The notes under the pieces are model-generated. The model was not told where the DNA came from and made no database searches. It was given only the letters and a program-made list of their open reading frames with translations. From Octopus sinensis (Eukaryota), in assembly GCF_006345805.1 (NCBI RefSeq), contig NC_043001.1, positions 25,358,001 to 25,422,000 of the forward strand: a DNA stretch of 64,000 bases. Reading direction: 5' to 3'. Below are positions 63,557 through 64,000 of this stretch, in pieces; the first letter of the stretch is position 1, and each line of letters starts with the position of its first letter. The position numbers were made by a program, and so were the translations under genes.

Positions 63557-64000
63557 CGTATATGTGTAAATATATGGGTGTCGTACTGAAAATTGACTAT
63601 TCAAGTTTATTTTTATTATTATTAGTATTTCCTTATTAGTCCATTACATTTAGTTTGGAACAACAAAGTTGTTAAGTCCATTAACATTTTTAGACCTCAA
63701 TTTTATTTTCTGAATGAAACTGTTCTTATTTGTAAGATTTGGTTTGTTCTGTTTTTTTCTTGTTTTTTTTATTTTGTTTGTTTGTTTTATTTTGTTGTTC
63801 TTCTTTCTTTTTTTGTTTTGTTTTGTTTTTGTTATTGCCATCTTTCTATAATGAATCACATCTTGGACAAATTGAAAGTTTTGACTTTTGCTTTCAAAAA
63901 CATCATAATTTATTTCAACAATTCACTAACTGCTCTTAGGGAATTATTATTATTTATGTTAATTTTTAGTTTTAATTAGATATTAATAGAACTTGTATAG

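Noticed and set aside
4841-63979. Most ORFs in the supplied track (poly-IY, CV, HT, L and F runs; 'MSSDVGGT...', '...FLQLDALPN...' families)
   Set aside because: They are translations of microsatellites and of SINE families A, B and C. The same peptides recur at each repeat copy and have no splice context.

Overview
AT-rich, microsatellite- and SINE-dense animal genomic DNA. The repeat families look like those of Octopus (inference, no database search). One protein-coding gene is well supported: the last four coding exons of a MINDY1/2 (FAM63)-type K48 deubiquitinase on the + strand (23543-23745, 34393-34539, 37786-37957, 39999-40013). Together they give 178 aa: end of the catalytic domain, two MIU-like motifs and a C-terminal CAAX box (CTIL). 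I found no upstream catalytic exons (e.g. FFRNNHF), so they probably lie left of the window behind an intron >23.5 kb. The rest is mostly mobile DNA: at least five SINE-like families (about 50 copies or fragments), decayed mariner and maT-like transposases, CR1-group and RTE LINE fragments, and several MITEs/foldbacks. The most unusual signal is five minimal type-I hammerhead-ribozyme-like motifs from about three Penelope-like families, mostly in inverted structures next to microsatellites. One is fused to a tRNA-derived B-box head, giving a SINE-like element with a hammerhead. Most ORFs in the supplied track are microsatellite or SINE artefacts. SINE coordinates are approximate (about +/-10 bp).
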